Assembly (NCBI GenBank): GCA_000004985.1
Contig: GG738925.1
Source: Naegleria gruberi
Lineage: Eukaryota
Length of the DNA: 64,000 bases
Direction: 5' to 3' (one strand)
The position numbers and the translations under genes are program-made. Position 1 is the first letter of the stretch. Each line of letters starts with the position of its first letter. This document shows, in pieces, positions 1 through 11,541 of the stretch. The notes under the pieces are model-generated. The model worked only from the letters and a program-made list of their open reading frames with translations. It had not been told where the DNA came from and did no database searches.

Positions 1-127
1 TGGAGGAGGTGAATGAATTTTTCAGTTTGAAGTTCTTCCATTTTTTTTTTAAAAATTAATAGAATTCTATTAGAACTTCAAACTGAAAAATTCAGAATTC
101 TATTAGAATTTTTGCAAATTTGGAAAT

Positions 128-478
128 TTTTATTTTTTACCAGAATTGGAAGTTACGATGGATGGAGCCCAAGCATTTCCTTCAATTCCACACTCATTGG
201 TTCCTCTAATAATGTTTCTCCTCATCCTTAATAAAATTCACAAATTTTAAGATAATTTTCAAAGTGTCATCTTTCAAAACATAAATTATTCAACTTACTT
301 TCAGACCATGAGTTTGCAACTGTCCAACAAGGTTTCTTTGTTTGAGAATCATCTCCAAATCCATCATGGAGGTCATCTCTGAGACGTGGTGCGTTGGAAA
401 TCTTGTAACTTGTTGGAATTGATCCATCTTGACATTTGGAATGCATTGTTCAGAAACACCACCTGATTGCATAAAGTA
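128..478 (-). pseudogene. Truncated tandem paralog fragment of the adjacent cathepsin B-like protease (C-terminal third only)
   Basis: Minus-strand exon-like blocks 303..478 and about 128..227 are joined by a gtaagt...ag intron at about 228..302. They translate to YFMQSGGVSEQCIPNVKMDQ...LKQRNLVGQLQTHGLK / GMRRNIIRGTNECGIEGNAWAPSIV. This parallels GSVSEQC...[29 protein letters not shown] of the complete gene at 535..1742. The Cys, His and Asn catalytic regions are absent. There is no room for N-terminal exons: only about 55 bp separate it from the stop of the full gene. Confidence 0.4.
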
Positions 479-534
479 CTGTTAAGAAAAAAGAAAGAAT
501 TAGAGAGCTGTCTCTGACAAGTAGATATGTGGTT

Positions 535-1742
535 TTAATATTTAACAAATTTATCAACATCAGCTCTTGGAGACCATACATTACTCTCAATTCCACACTC
601 ATTAGATCCTCTCAAAATCCAAAAATGTCCTTGATCTCCCCATTCTATTCATAAATAAACAAGAAATCAAATTATTAGAAACTCACAGTCTCCAAAAGAA
701 CAACTTACTTTCTCCCCAAGAATTAGCAATAATCCAATAAGGCTTCTTTGAAAGTGAATCCATTCCAAAACCAATAATGACAATGGCATGGCCACCAATT
801 TCATTTCCAGTAAGATGAGAATAGACACCTGACTGATAGCTCATCAGATCCTTATAAACTGTCAAACTTGCATGAACTGGTCCATAATTTTGAATTTCAT
901 ACATGATACTATCTAATCCTTTTATGGATGCATAGGATTTTGCCTTGTAGAAAGATGGAGCTTTACCATCGACACATTTGGATGGACAGTCATCGTCATC
1001 ATTGTTTTTATAAGGTCTACATTGTTCAGAAACTGATCCAACATTGGTCAAGAACTGCAAGAGTTTCGAATAATCAGTGAGAAATGAAACTTACATTCCA
1101 TGTTTTTGGTAGACTTCCTCCACTACATCCAAGATTATCCATATTACAATCAATTTGATATTGAGGAGACATGATTACATTCACAGAACCATTACTAGCA
1201 ATGCAAAATCTATCTGAAAGCACCTTCGTGGCAGAAACTAAATCATTGAACTCAATCCAAACTTCCATTGCCAAATTGAAATTACTTACAAGCCCAACAA
1301 GATCCACAATCCAATTGATTTCTCACAGTATGCACACATTGAGGCCACTTTTGTCTCGAATCGAAATTAGTTGGTGGTGTGTAAGCAGTTGGTGGTCCAG
1401 TTACGATGCTAAATCTTGATTTTGATGATGGTGTTATAGCTTCTTCATGAATTGCTCCTAAATATTTCTATCCTCCGTATACAATTATAACATCGTGATG
1501 ATAATATAAATTGATGATGAATAGAGAAAACATACTTGCTTAAACTCTCCGACAGTCATATTAGCAAACTTTTCATAGACTTTTGCCTTCCATGATGATT
1601 TCGGATTGTTATTGATGGAGTGAATAACATGATGGTCATGAATTGGTTCATGATGAGATGCCATTTCTCCCATAGCTACTATAGCAGAGAACATTAAGGT
1701 TACTGCTGCTAAAACAACAACCAATAAAGAACCCCTAAACAT
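535..1742 (-). CDS. Cathepsin B-like papain-family cysteine protease (secreted pre-pro-enzyme), 5 exons
   Basis: Exons are 1742..1536, 1470..1291, 1237..1095, 1054..709 and 644..535 (stop codon 535..537). Introns of 40-65 bp all have gtaagt/gtatgt donors and AG acceptors. The N-terminal signal peptide is [23 protein letters not shown]. Family motifs are [20 protein letters not shown] (catalytic Cys), [10 protein letters not shown], an occluding-loop-like Cys-rich segment, [11 protein letters not shown] (catalytic His) and [33 protein letters not shown] (Asn region). The spliced frame is continuous across all junctions. Confidence 0.8.
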
Positions 1743-1795
1743 CCTTAAAATTTTTTATAAAGATTTTCTTATGTACAAGCTCGTATTATTTACAT

Positions 1796-3523
1796 TTATT
1801 TTTTAAGGGCATCAGATGCTTTTTTGATTTTCAAGCCAGATGGTTTGGTGATTGTGGTAGTGGCTGGTTTCTTTTCTTCTTTGACTTCTTGCTTAACTTC
1901 TTGTTTAATTTCTTGCTTTGGTTCTTGTTTGACTTCTTCTTTGACTGGTTTGGATTCAGTCTTCTTGGAGTCATTCTTATTATTCTTCTTGGCCTTGATT
2001 TCCTTTCTCTTTTCATTCTTCTTGTTGTTATTCTTTGGCTTGTCCTTCTTATTGTTAGCCTTCTTTGGCTTGTCAGTCTTTGGTTTAGTTTCAGTTGATC
2101 CTTCTTCTTGAGCCTTCTTTTCCTTCTTGGCTTGTTGACGAGCTTCCTTTTGCTTTCTTCTTTCTTCATTGAAAGGATAGAAGCTTTCCTTTTCCTTTCC
2201 AATAAGATTACCAAAATCACTTCTGTCTCTTTGAGTTTCAAAGAAGGTATGGAAATAGACATTCTTGGCTTGAACAGCAGCAAAGTTAATAGATGGATAA
2301 GTCTTTTGAAGAGATTCAAGTAAGAACTTTTCAGATATACCAACTTTTTGAGCATGTTGATACTTCTTCTTCTTATTTTCTGGTTCAGAAGAGTCAGTGG
2401 TGGAGGATTCAACCTTATCATGCTTACGCTTCTTTTCTTCTTCTGACAATTTCATAACTTCCAAATCGTGTTCTTCATCTTCCAATTTTTCTTCTTCGTC
2501 GAGTTCGAATGGAATTGAAACTTCCTTTCTTGGAGGGGTACCGAGCTTTTCAGTTCTGACTGCAATTGGTTCATCGTGATGATCATCTTCATCATCAGAG
2601 TCAGAATCACTGGAATCTTCAAATGGAACTGATTTTGGAGCACTGATTGGTGTTCTCTTTCCTGAGACAGAGGCTGGAGAAGCCTTCTTTAAAGGTGTGA
2701 GTGGTTTGGTACTTGTGGTTTCAGATGCTTCAGTCATTTTGACATCTTCATCATCTTCGTCAGAATCAGAGTCACTTGAATCAGCATATGGAACCTTTTT
2801 AGGAGTAGAAATTGGAGTACGTTTAACCTTTGCTGGAACATCTTCATCATCGCTACTATCAGCCATATTTGTTGGGAGTGACAAATTGGATGGTTTAGCT
2901 GGAGTGGAAGCTTTCTTTGGAGTGGCAGTATTAGTAGCAACTGGTTCAGCAGCAATATCAACAACAACAGATGAAACAACTTCCTTTCTTGGTGGAGTGC
3001 CGAGTCTTTCAGTTCTGACTGCAATTGGTTCATCATGATGATCATCTTCATCATCAGAATCGGAATCACTAGAATCTGCGAATGGAATAGACTTTGGAGT
3101 ACTAATTGGTGTTCTCTTACCACTAACAGAAGAAGCAGAAGGAGAAGTCTTTTTCTTCAACTTTTCAGCAGTGCTTTCTGTTGTGGCTTTTTCTTCATCA
3201 GAAGAGTCGGATTCAGAATCGCTAGAATCAGCGAATGGAACCTTCTTTGGTGTACTGATAGGTGTTCTGAGTTTAGTGGCAGACTTTGGTGTTGGTTTGG
3301 CTACTGGTGATGATGCAACAACAGCAGATGAAGCCTTGAGTGGAGTCTTCTTTGGTGTGATTGGAACAGAATCTAAAACAACAGAATCTTCATCTTCCAT
3401 TTTGTGTGGTGTCTTCTTTGGTGTTGTTGCTGGAGCTAAAGCTTTTGATGGTGTTTTGGCTGGCGACTTCAAGTCTGCGTCAGTCTTCTTTGGAGTTTGG
3501 ATTTTCTTTGGTGTTGTGCTCAT
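1796..3523 (-). CDS. Acidic Ser-cluster / Lys-rich repeat protein (Nopp140/SRP40-like nucleolar phosphoprotein architecture)
   Basis: Long minus ORF. The likely initiator is MSTTPKKIQTPKK at 3523; the ORF track starts slightly upstream. There are at least 3 internal repeats of KRTPISTPK(K/S)(V/I)PFADSSDSDSDDEDDHHDEPIAVRTE(R/K)LGTPPRKEV. Basic TPKK stretches alternate with acidic SDSESD clusters. The C-terminus is extremely K/E-rich. The function call is by architecture only. Confidence 0.55.
   Translation of the reverse strand: MSTTPKKIQTPKKTDADLKSPAKTPSKALAPATTPKKTPHKMEDEDSVVLDSVPITPKKTPLKASSAVVASSPVAKPTPKSATKLRTPISTPKKVPFADSSDSESDSSDEEKATTESTAEKLKKKTSPSASSVSGKRTPISTPKSIPFADSSDSDSDDEDDHHDEPIAVRTERLGTPPRKEVVSSVVVDIAAEPVATNTATPKKASTPAKPSNLSLPTNMADSSDDEDVPAKVKRTPISTPKKVPYADSSDSDSDEDDEDVKMTEASETTSTKPLTPLKKASPASVSGKRTPISAPKSVPFEDSSDSDSDDEDDHHDEPIAVRTEKLGTPPRKEVSIPFELDEEEKLEDEEHDLEVMKLSEEEKKRKHDKVESSTTDSSEPENKKKKYQHAQKVGISEKFLLESLQKTYPSINFAAVQAKNVYFHTFFETQRDRSDFGNLIGKEKESFYPFNEERRKQKEARQQAKKEKKAQEEGSTETKPKTDKPKKANNKKDKPKNNNKKNEKRKEIKAKKNNKNDSKKTESKPVKEEVKQEPKQEIKQEVKQEVKEEKKPATTTITKPSGLKIKKASDALKK
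2481..3090. repeat. Intragenic tandem-dispersed DNA repeats (~120 bp units) encoding the protein repeat
   Basis: About 2481..2600 and 2961..3090 are near-identical (cttcctttcttgg(a/t)gg(g/a)gt(a/g)ccgag(c/t)ttttcagttctgactgcaattggttcatc(g/a)tgatgatcatcttcatcatcaga(g/a)tc(a/g)gaatcact(g/a)gaatct). A third, shorter copy lies near 3180..3250. Confidence 0.6.
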
Positions 3524-4154
3524 TTTTTTTGAAAATAATTTTGTTCCACAAAAAAATGGCGCGTAGAATTTTATTAAAGGATTACGCTGGGATCTTTTTT
3601 TGTTTAACATCTAAAAATAAAAAATTTCCAGTCACTAGTAGAAAATCACAATTTTCACACATTGTAAGATTGTGAAATAGTTACTGAGTGATTTTTGATG
3701 AAAGTTGTAGGAAATGAAAATCAACATACAAAGTGACGTGAATATAGAGCTATAAATGAACGAAATAAAGTATAACATGTCGATGAGCCATTACAATGTT
3801 GTGAATTTAAAATGCAAGTTGAAAAAGTTCACATAAATTCTTGACTTTTTTTCGAATTGACCTTTTCATAGAATAACAATCAGCTATTGGAAACTTCACA
3901 ATAGAATATCAATCTACATGTGTTATAGTGTATACTGCAAAGTTTTAACATGTTTTGGTTTTGTCCTAGTTCAGCCGTTATTATTTCTATTTTTGTGAGA
4001 CTGTCCATATTAGGTGAAGATTCAAGATAACAGCTCAAATCAAACCTTCAATTGGTACACTTTATCACCAACCCAAAAACAATAATCTTTTCACACCAAA
4101 TCCACTAAAAACTACAAAAAATTACTAAAATTACAATTTTTTTACTCTACAGTT

Positions 4155-5245
4155 TTACTTCTTAATAACATTGGCAGCATCTTGATATCCTTGTTGAATC
4201 ATTTCAGCAGCATCTGTAAAACCTAAAAAGTATCCAGGCAACCATTTCGATGGCTTGAATACTCTAATAGTAGCACGATTACCAAATGCATTCTGAGCAT
4301 TCTCAATATCTTTTGTAAAGATATCATCCACAACTCCAAATAAAGTTCTCAATAAGATGAATGGTGTAGTTTGAACCTTATTGAAGATGTCATGACTTCC
4401 AAATTGTAAATCACCAATGGCCAAGATGACATCAACTTCAACACGAGAGGCATTAGTCTTTCTGAAACATTCGGCAATTGTATCTGAAACTGGTGTCATG
4501 TATTTGGCACCTCCATCCACATAGAGAGATTCCTTGCCATTCTTTGTGAGTGGAACTGCTTCGAATACTCCAGGAACTGCACTTGAAGCTCTAGTTGCCT
4601 CAATCAAATCATCTGTAAATTGATCAAATCTTTCGTATGAATTCGTCACAAGATTCGTAGCTCCCAAAAGTAAACTTCTGCCAGATTGTCTAATTTTTGT
4701 GACATTTACATTGGCAGTAAGGAAATTATGTAAAGGAGAGGTATTAAACAATCCACTCTTAATAAGAAATCCCTCAGCAATACCCAATGGCCAATCTTTG
4801 TAAACTTGAGATTTTTGTAAACTCAACCATTTGTTCAAGATGAATGCAACTGCAGCTTTTTCATCTCCAATCTTGTATTGAGAGAGTGCTACAGAGTTAA
4901 TGGCTCCTGCACTGATTCCTCCAATGACTTGATATTGAACTTGTTCTGGATTTATATTTTCAACTGGTGATATTGATTATTAGATTTCGGATATTGCATT
5001 GGAAACCTACCCAAATACTTTAAAACACCAGCTTCATAAGCTCCACGATCGCCTCCTCCACCAAGAGCCAAAGCTCTACAAACCGATGATCCACCATTAG
5101 ATGATGAAGAAACTCCACGAATAATAGACGAAACTCTTGCACTACAATAACTGTTGATCAACAACAAACAAACTAACAAGACAACAACAGCAACCGACAC
5201 TGCACGTTTCATTCTTGCTACTGGCAAAGATTCGCCTCTTGACAT
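4155..5245 (-). CDS. Secreted patatin-like phospholipase
   Basis: Exon 1 is 5245..5011, with a signal peptide and the GGGGDRGAYEAGVLKYLG oxyanion/Gly-rich motif. There is a 46-bp intron at 5010..4965 (gtaggt...cag). Exon 2 is 4964..4155 and encodes VENINPEQVQYQVIGGISAGAINS (GxSxG serine nucleophile) and YVDGGAKY (DGG catalytic Asp). Confidence 0.8.
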
Positions 5246-5351
5246 GTTGTAGATTCTTTTTTTGTGATGTGAGATAGATATGCATCGGTTAGTTGCACTC
5301 TATTCTTTGATCTTTCAAGGTGTGATGAGGAACTCCTGATTGTAACGAGCA

Positions 5352-6902
5352 TTGGAATGGATTTTACAAAGACGAGTGGCCAAACGGAAAATATGGATCC
5401 TATTGTGTGTTGATGTGTGTTTGGAAGGATTGTTCTTATTAAGATTATTTATTTTACTAAAAAACAATAATTTATTTAATTTTCAATATTTTAGCAAAAT
5501 GGAATTATTATTATTTAAAAAAATGATTAAAAGACTTTGCAAGGGAGGAGCTTTTTCATCATCAGCATGGAAAGTAAGCCAATTCAATCATCAGCACTGC
5601 TCTTCAATAATTACTCCGAATTTATATAAAAATCAAAGCCTTTGCAAAATTCCGACTTTTCATAATTCATATAATAATTTAATAATTAATTCCAGCAATA
5701 ATAATAATATTAAAAGAGAATTTAGAACGAGTCAATGTACTAATTATCGATTATTTATTCAGCAATGGATCGATTTGTTGGAACCTCTCCATGTAAAGAA
5801 TAAAGTAGAAATGTGGAAGGCTGAACAATATTCGGAACAATTGTTGAATTCAATTATTGAAGAGAGAAAGTTGTTGGCCATTACTCATGAATCTATGAAT
5901 GCAAAGGATATGCTTTTTAAGGTTTTAAAGAATCGATTGGGGAATATGGATGATGACAGAGATTTTGATGAAAAGTTTTATCCATGCGATGATGATTTTA
6001 GAGTTTTGGTAAATAAGTATCATTATGTCATGTTGAAGGATGAAAGGTTTTTTGAGATTTTGAGTGAGAATTACAAGTATTTAATTCCTGAAATGTTGTA
6101 CTTGATTGAGTTTGGAGAGAAACATGATATTGATATTCCACTCAAGGTTAGACAGACATTTGGATTGGATTTTTATAGAACACAAATGAAATTGGATCAA
6201 CTGGACCCAGATCACAAATACTTGACAACCCTTCTCGTTGCTTTTTATATTCATTTGGGTAAGTGCAATAATCCAGATGTTTTGAGGGAGGAATTCTATT
6301 GGATGCTTGATTTATTTGAAAGTGACGAAAGCAACTTGCTCTTGGATTCCATTAGAATCTATCCAGGCAACACTCCATTCTTTTTAAGATCCCTTGTCTT
6401 TGAGGATACTTCTAAAATTATTGAACGAGTTTTGGATGGCAATATCAATCCAATGCTCATCATGTGGGGCCTCTTCATGGCAAAATTGGGAGAAGCCAAG
6501 GATATTCTCGATCCTCAAGACTATGATGATTTGAATAGAAAGAGCTCACAAATTCTCAGATTCCAAGATCCATCCACAGGTAACAATATTCTCCACGAAA
6601 TTATTCGATCCAACAATTCAATTGTTAACAAGATTGCTTCCATACTTCTCATAATTGGGCACGAACAAAACTTTCAAGATACTGACGATGTAATTCTCTT
6701 TGAAATGAAGAACAATGATGGGAAATCTGCTTTTCAATTGAGCACTTTGGCATTGCGTGCTACCTTTACATTAGTCGTGAGTGATTATCTTCTCATTGGT
6801 TTGATGATTTTGTGTGCTCCACTCCTTCTCCTTCTCATACCATGCTTGCTATTTGTTAGAGTATTCGCAAGATTGCTCTTCAAGACTGCCACTTTAAGAT
6901 AA
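5352..6902 (+). CDS. Hypothetical protein with C-terminal transmembrane anchor
   Basis: 516-aa ORF. The true start may be the later Met MELLLFKKMIKRL at about 5499. The C-terminus LVVSDYLLIGLMILCAPLLLLLIPCLLFVRVF is a hydrophobic tail. I recognise no family. Confidence 0.45.
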   Translation: MEWILQRRVAKRKIWILLCVDVCLEGLFLLRLFILLKNNNLFNFQYFSKMELLLFKKMIKRLCKGGAFSSSAWKVSQFNHQHCSSIITPNLYKNQSLCKIPTFHNSYNNLIINSSNNNNIKREFRTSQCTNYRLFIQQWIDLLEPLHVKNKVEMWKAEQYSEQLLNSIIEERKLLAITHESMNAKDMLFKVLKNRLGNMDDDRDFDEKFYPCDDDFRVLVNKYHYVMLKDERFFEILSENYKYLIPEMLYLIEFGEKHDIDIPLKVRQTFGLDFYRTQMKLDQLDPDHKYLTTLLVAFYIHLGKCNNPDVLREEFYWMLDLFESDESNLLLDSIRIYPGNTPFFLRSLVFEDTSKIIERVLDGNINPMLIMWGLFMAKLGEAKDILDPQDYDDLNRKSSQILRFQDPSTGNNILHEIIRSNNSIVNKIASILLIIGHEQNFQDTDDVILFEMKNNDGKSAFQLSTLALRATFTLVVSDYLLIGLMILCAPLLLLLIPCLLFVRVFARLLFKTATLR

Positions 6903-7327
6903 ATACTGAACCATTCTCCCACTGCCTAATATTGATCTCTTTCTCAATCTTTAAAATGACGCTAATAACTGTTATTGATTGAGAATACTTGTAGTTTACA
7001 ATACGGACTTTTTACATGAATAGATACCTTAATTCTCATACCATACTCACCTTAGTGTAATCTTTCTTCAAACTCCCATTTTTAGATACCTACAAACCAT
7101 TCTTTCACACTACATAATTCTAATCCATCCTCAAACAATTTTTCACATCATACTTTACGAATGCAACAGTATCTATTTATTCTATTATCCCTTCATCATC
7201 GCGTCTTTTCAACAGGTCCTCCCTTCATATTTACAAATTACTTTCATCTTCTGCCAACAAGAATCCTTTCCATATTGGCAAGATACAAAATTTCACATCG
7301 ACACTCATCAACTACTGATCAAAAAAA

Positions 7328-8272
7328 ATGTGCACACTAACTTGTATTGCCATCTCGCTCATCATTGCTGCTACTATTTACTACTTGAGATTTGTACGTA
7401 CCAAGCCAAAGCTCGATATTCCATCTCGTGATCGTGTGGTGGTTGTGTCAGGAGCTGCCGGAGGTTTTGGAACTGCAATTTGCAGGGATTTGCTCTCTCG
7501 ATTCAATGCACGTGTGATTGGATTGGATATTTCAAAGGAAGTGATGGAAAAGGTTTATAGTGAAGAATTGAAACAATATGGAAGTGAAAGATTGTCATTT
7601 ATCGAATGCAATATTTGCAAATTGGAAGAGTGTGAAAAAGCTAGTGAAAGAATTGCACAAATTTTGAAGGAATGGAAAACTGATAGAGTTTTTGCATTGG
7701 TCAATAATGCAGGTGTTTCAAATTCTCCAAAATGTACTGAAAGAATGGGTATTGTTGAATATCCAGAGGATGAATTGTTGGATGTTTTTGGATCAAATCT
7801 ATTTGGTCACGTGAGAATGACTCGTTTGTTGTATCCACTCATGAAGGACGGTCAAGATGGCCATAATGGTGCCATTATCAACGTTGCTTCAGTTGCTGGT
7901 TTGTTAGCTTTGGGTTTCTTTGGTTTTTACACAAGTTCCAAATTTGCCATGGTTGGCTTTACCGATTCATTGAGAAGAGAAATGAAATCTCTTGGAAAGA
8001 AGGGATTGAGAGTTACTTGTATTGAGCCAGGATTTTCCAAGACTGCCATTTTGAATCTGAAACCTCAAGCAGATACTGAATTTGGAAGAATTGGTGTTAT
8101 TAGGGAAAAGAAATCTGCTGCCATTCTCAGAAATGCTCAACCACCAAAGGTTATTGGCGATGCTATTTGTGAACAAATCTTCTCAAGCAATAATCTTCCA
8201 CATTTAATAATTGATTATTGGTACATGAGATTGGTCTACTTGTTCTTGTATTATACTGGACTTGATTTGTAA
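7328..8272 (+). CDS. Short-chain dehydrogenase/reductase (SDR), membrane-anchored
   Basis: There is an N-terminal TM helix. The Rossmann motif is VVVSGAAGGFGTAICRDL (TGxxxGxG), followed by NNAG and the catalytic YTSSKFAMVGF (YxxxK). Confidence 0.8.
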   Translation: MCTLTCIAISLIIAATIYYLRFVRTKPKLDIPSRDRVVVVSGAAGGFGTAICRDLLSRFNARVIGLDISKEVMEKVYSEELKQYGSERLSFIECNICKLEECEKASERIAQILKEWKTDRVFALVNNAGVSNSPKCTERMGIVEYPEDELLDVFGSNLFGHVRMTRLLYPLMKDGQDGHNGAIINVASVAGLLALGFFGFYTSSKFAMVGFTDSLRREMKSLGKKGLRVTCIEPGFSKTAILNLKPQADTEFGRIGVIREKKSAAILRNAQPPKVIGDAICEQIFSSNNLPHLIIDYWYMRLVYLFLYYTGLDL

Positions 8273-8315
8273 ATTTTAATTTAAAAACTAATTTATTGAA
8301 ACAATTTTATTGGAA

Positions 8316-10617
8316 TTATCTAATGTAACAATATTTGTACCAATATCTTTCGAATATTTCAAATGTTTCTGGAAGAGATTCTTTGAACCATTGATAGAAT
8401 ATAGGATTGTGTCTACTCAATACAACAACCTTTGATTTGATGCGAGGTTCGATATCAGTAGGAATCTTTTCCTTAGATGTCAAATATTCGAAATGAGTGG
8501 CATCTGCTGTATAATCAAACAATATTCTCAAATTGCAAACATCTTGATTTGGATTAGAATTCAGCATTGAGGTCAAGAACTTTCTATCCTCTTCGCATTT
8601 AGGTTGAATTCGTTTCAGGTCTTTAGTCATGAATCCATTCGAAATACTAGTGCTTTGTAAATTCATGAGAAATTGCTCAGGATGAATTGCACTATTAATC
8701 ATCTTGGCTCCACATGTTATTATAAGTGGTTTCTGATCCGATTTAATTGGTTGTCCCAATAATAATCCATCCCACCTCAAATTAATATCCAAACTTGTTC
8801 CATAAAATGAGCTAATATCAATATCTGTAAATTTGTAATCATATTTGTGAGATCCAATTAATACTTTCCAAATATCCTCACTTTGAATAAGCATTAAATT
8901 AGGGTTGAGTGTAAAATTGCAAAGAAATGATTCTTCACTATTTGATGATTTGAAAAGCACATGATCTGTGAGTGGTTTTCCATTCAATTCTCTTGAAATC
9001 TTAGCCATTACCAATCCACAAACTATTTCAATAGCAAATCCTCTTTCATTTGTATCAGATCTTTTCAAGACTTTCTTAAGCCAACTATTGGAAACTCGAA
9101 TGAGATCCTCCAAATTTAGTGCCTTGTTAACTGAGTACATTAGTAGCGGCTCAGGTATCTTGTAATACTGTGAAGAATCTGATAATGAAGGCACTGTAAA
9201 AGCCAGCTCATTATTAGTAATAAAATTGAGAAGAGACAGGTGATTCACTCCTCTTGTTACCAGTCCCAATTGATGATTCAACTCGTCTACGTTGATAAAT
9301 CCCCTTAGTGAAAGATTTTGCATCACATCATTTTTCAAAGATGCCACATCCATATCTTTCGTATTCATATCGTTGAGACATTTCTTATACATTGAATAAT
9401 GTGACTGTATAACATTCTCCAGAGATGATGTAAGCATTCTAGTTGACCACTCTTCAAGTGAAGTTTGTGATGAATCAAATGGAGGACAAGCTATAATACT
9501 TTCCAACCATTCAAATAATATTCCTCTTCTTCCCTTTGCCAAACTGGCTAAAATTTGCACATACGAATCAGGTAAAACCTTTTTCACATTCAACAGCTTA
9601 TCAATAAAATTGTAAACCTCACTGGAACCAACCACTCCATATCCTGAGATAATTTGATAATCTCTCTTCAATTCTCCAGTCAGGTGTCTAATTGAGCTTT
9701 GTGAAATATTACTACCAGATATAATAGCACTATTGTGAGGATAGGAGAGAAGACTATTGAAAACCTTTCCAATCAAAGTGGAAGGATCCAGCTTACTCTT
9801 GGTTTTACCATCATTTAGAGTTCCAATCACTCCCATATCATCAATGCCGAAAATCAAAGGTTTTTGACCAATTTTTTCACGAATAGTCCTTTGTAAATAT
9901 TTGAATAATTTGTAAGATTCAAAATGCACATTGGCTGTCTCGTATTCCAGTAATTGTTTGAAGACACTATTGAAATGTTCTCTTCCAATTGCACTATTTA
10001 CATAAATCCACCAATTAAAAGGAGTAAAATTATTTGGATTGTTTTTCAAAAGGGTTTGCATTAGGATGAGTTGAGAATTATAAATCATGAACAAGAGTTC
10101 AGTTGAATTGTGCCGACTCTGTTTCTTACCATGTGTCGACTCTACCTCTAAGAAACTCGCTAATAAGGTTAGAATGGCATCACTTGCCAGACCCAGCTCA
10201 ATATTCAACAAAAATGCCGTATTAGTACAAGCAATGTGTGAAATGGAGAAGGATTTTCCACTTCCATGGGGCGAATTGAGTATGTACATGGCTCCTTTTC
10301 TATCACTTTCCTTAATCTTGGTTTGTAAATATTGATGAATGTTTAGAATTTCATTCTCAGAGTTTCGTTCCTGAAAAGATTCAATCAATAGTGGATAGAA
10401 CCTCCAATCTAATCCAGAACTCGTGAATGGCCAAGGATTTTTAAACAAACCTCCCAACTGTTGTTTCAATTTCTCGTCTTTCAAAATTTCACACAATCAG
10501 AACTATTTTCAAAACAACTTACTCTCACTCTTAAAAGCCATTTCCTCAATTGATTTCAATTCTGAGAATTTCTTTACAATATCCACACCACTCGTTACTC
10601 TATGTATCACATAATCC
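8316..10617 (-). CDS. Large P-loop-like protein of unknown function (2 exons)
   Basis: The 726-aa ORF 8316..10496 has no ATG at its 5' end (TTG). An upstream exon, MDYVIHRVTSGVDIVKKFSELKSIEEMAFKSE at about 10617..10522, ends at a gtaagt donor. An AG acceptor at about 10476 (intron about 10521..10477) restores the frame into EKLKQQLGG.... A Walker-A-like SPHGSGKSF and a Walker-B-like LIFGIDDMG are present. The exact splice coordinates are approximate. Confidence 0.5.
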
Positions 10618-11085
10618 ATCTTGAATTTCATTAAATATTTCAAAATCCAGCATAATTTTAATACTCACTGATTGTTCCAATTCTTCAAAGTCAACCAGAG
10701 AAATCTCAATAAGAGATTCTTCAGGTTCTCTCAAATATTCCTCAACCCACGTTACAATTTCTCTACAATATTCCTCATCCAGCAAGAATTTCTCATTCCT
10801 TCTCAATCTCTGAGTCAATTCAGAACAAGCAAACTTCATTCCTCCATTCTCAATATTATTCCTTATCCACAGCAAATCATCTCCACAAAATCCTTCATCA
10901 AAGAGTGGTTTCACATGATAGGACCACAATCCAACTCCTCCCTCCTTGAATAATATTAATTCCGATTCATCTTCTTCATCTAGGTTGCAGCTGGTATTCA
11001 ACTGTGTTGTTTCTTCTTCATTGCTTTGATTTGTTTTTATATTGGATTTAATTATTCTTCTTCTAGTGCAGAGAACAGAGGCCAC
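10600..11085 (-). CDS. Hypothetical 161-aa acidic protein (possibly separate gene or alternative 5' exon of the downstream gene)
   Basis: The ORF is in a different frame from the exon-1 candidate of the 8316..10617 gene and overlaps it by a few bases. I recognise no motifs. Confidence 0.3.
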   Translation of the reverse strand: MASVLCTRRRIIKSNIKTNQSNEEETTQLNTSCNLDEEDESELILFKEGGVGLWSYHVKPLFDEGFCGDDLLWIRNNIENGGMKFACSELTQRLRRNEKFLLDEEYCREIVTWVEEYLREPEESLIEISLVDFEELEQSVSIKIMLDFEIFNEIQDGLCDT

Positions 11086-11541
11086 TTGCTGAGCATTCCA
11101 CTGCTCAAATTCTGTGAAGGAGAGAATATCGATTGACTCTTCATCCGAATGTTGTTGCTTTTTACTCTGATGATAATATTGACAACAGCTGGCCTTCTTA
11201 ATATTCTTAAATATTTAAATTGCTCTTGCTGATGAATGATGATAATCTATTTGTATTATAATTATTTATTATTATATTATGAAATATAACAACAGATCGT
11301 GATAAATGATATCGCTGATGATTTTGTAGCACTGCACCAGTACATTGATAATATCCTTTCCAATTCATCATCATTAATTTTTTCTAATAATTCTTCATCA
11401 TCTTGATCACTAATTGAAATTCCGTTAGGCTTTGATGAAGCTGTGGTGGCTAGTTGGATATCAAACTCTTTCTAATTGAATTAGCAAATGATCATTTGTT
11501 CTTTTCTAATCATATGATTGCCAATATCTATTAAAAACAAT

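Noticed and set aside
1824-3566. Several plus- and minus-strand ORFs (1824..2111, 1831..2421, 1889..2098, 2697..3038, 3171..3566 and others) overlap the Ser/Lys-rich gene
   Set aside because: They are produced by the low-complexity repetitive coding sequence read in other frames or antisense (poly-L/F/S artefacts). The single long minus frame carries the coherent repeat protein.
10087-10614. Plus-strand ORFs 10087..10335 and 10423..10614
   Set aside because: They are antisense to, or lie in the intron and 5' exon region of, the minus-strand 8316..10617 gene.
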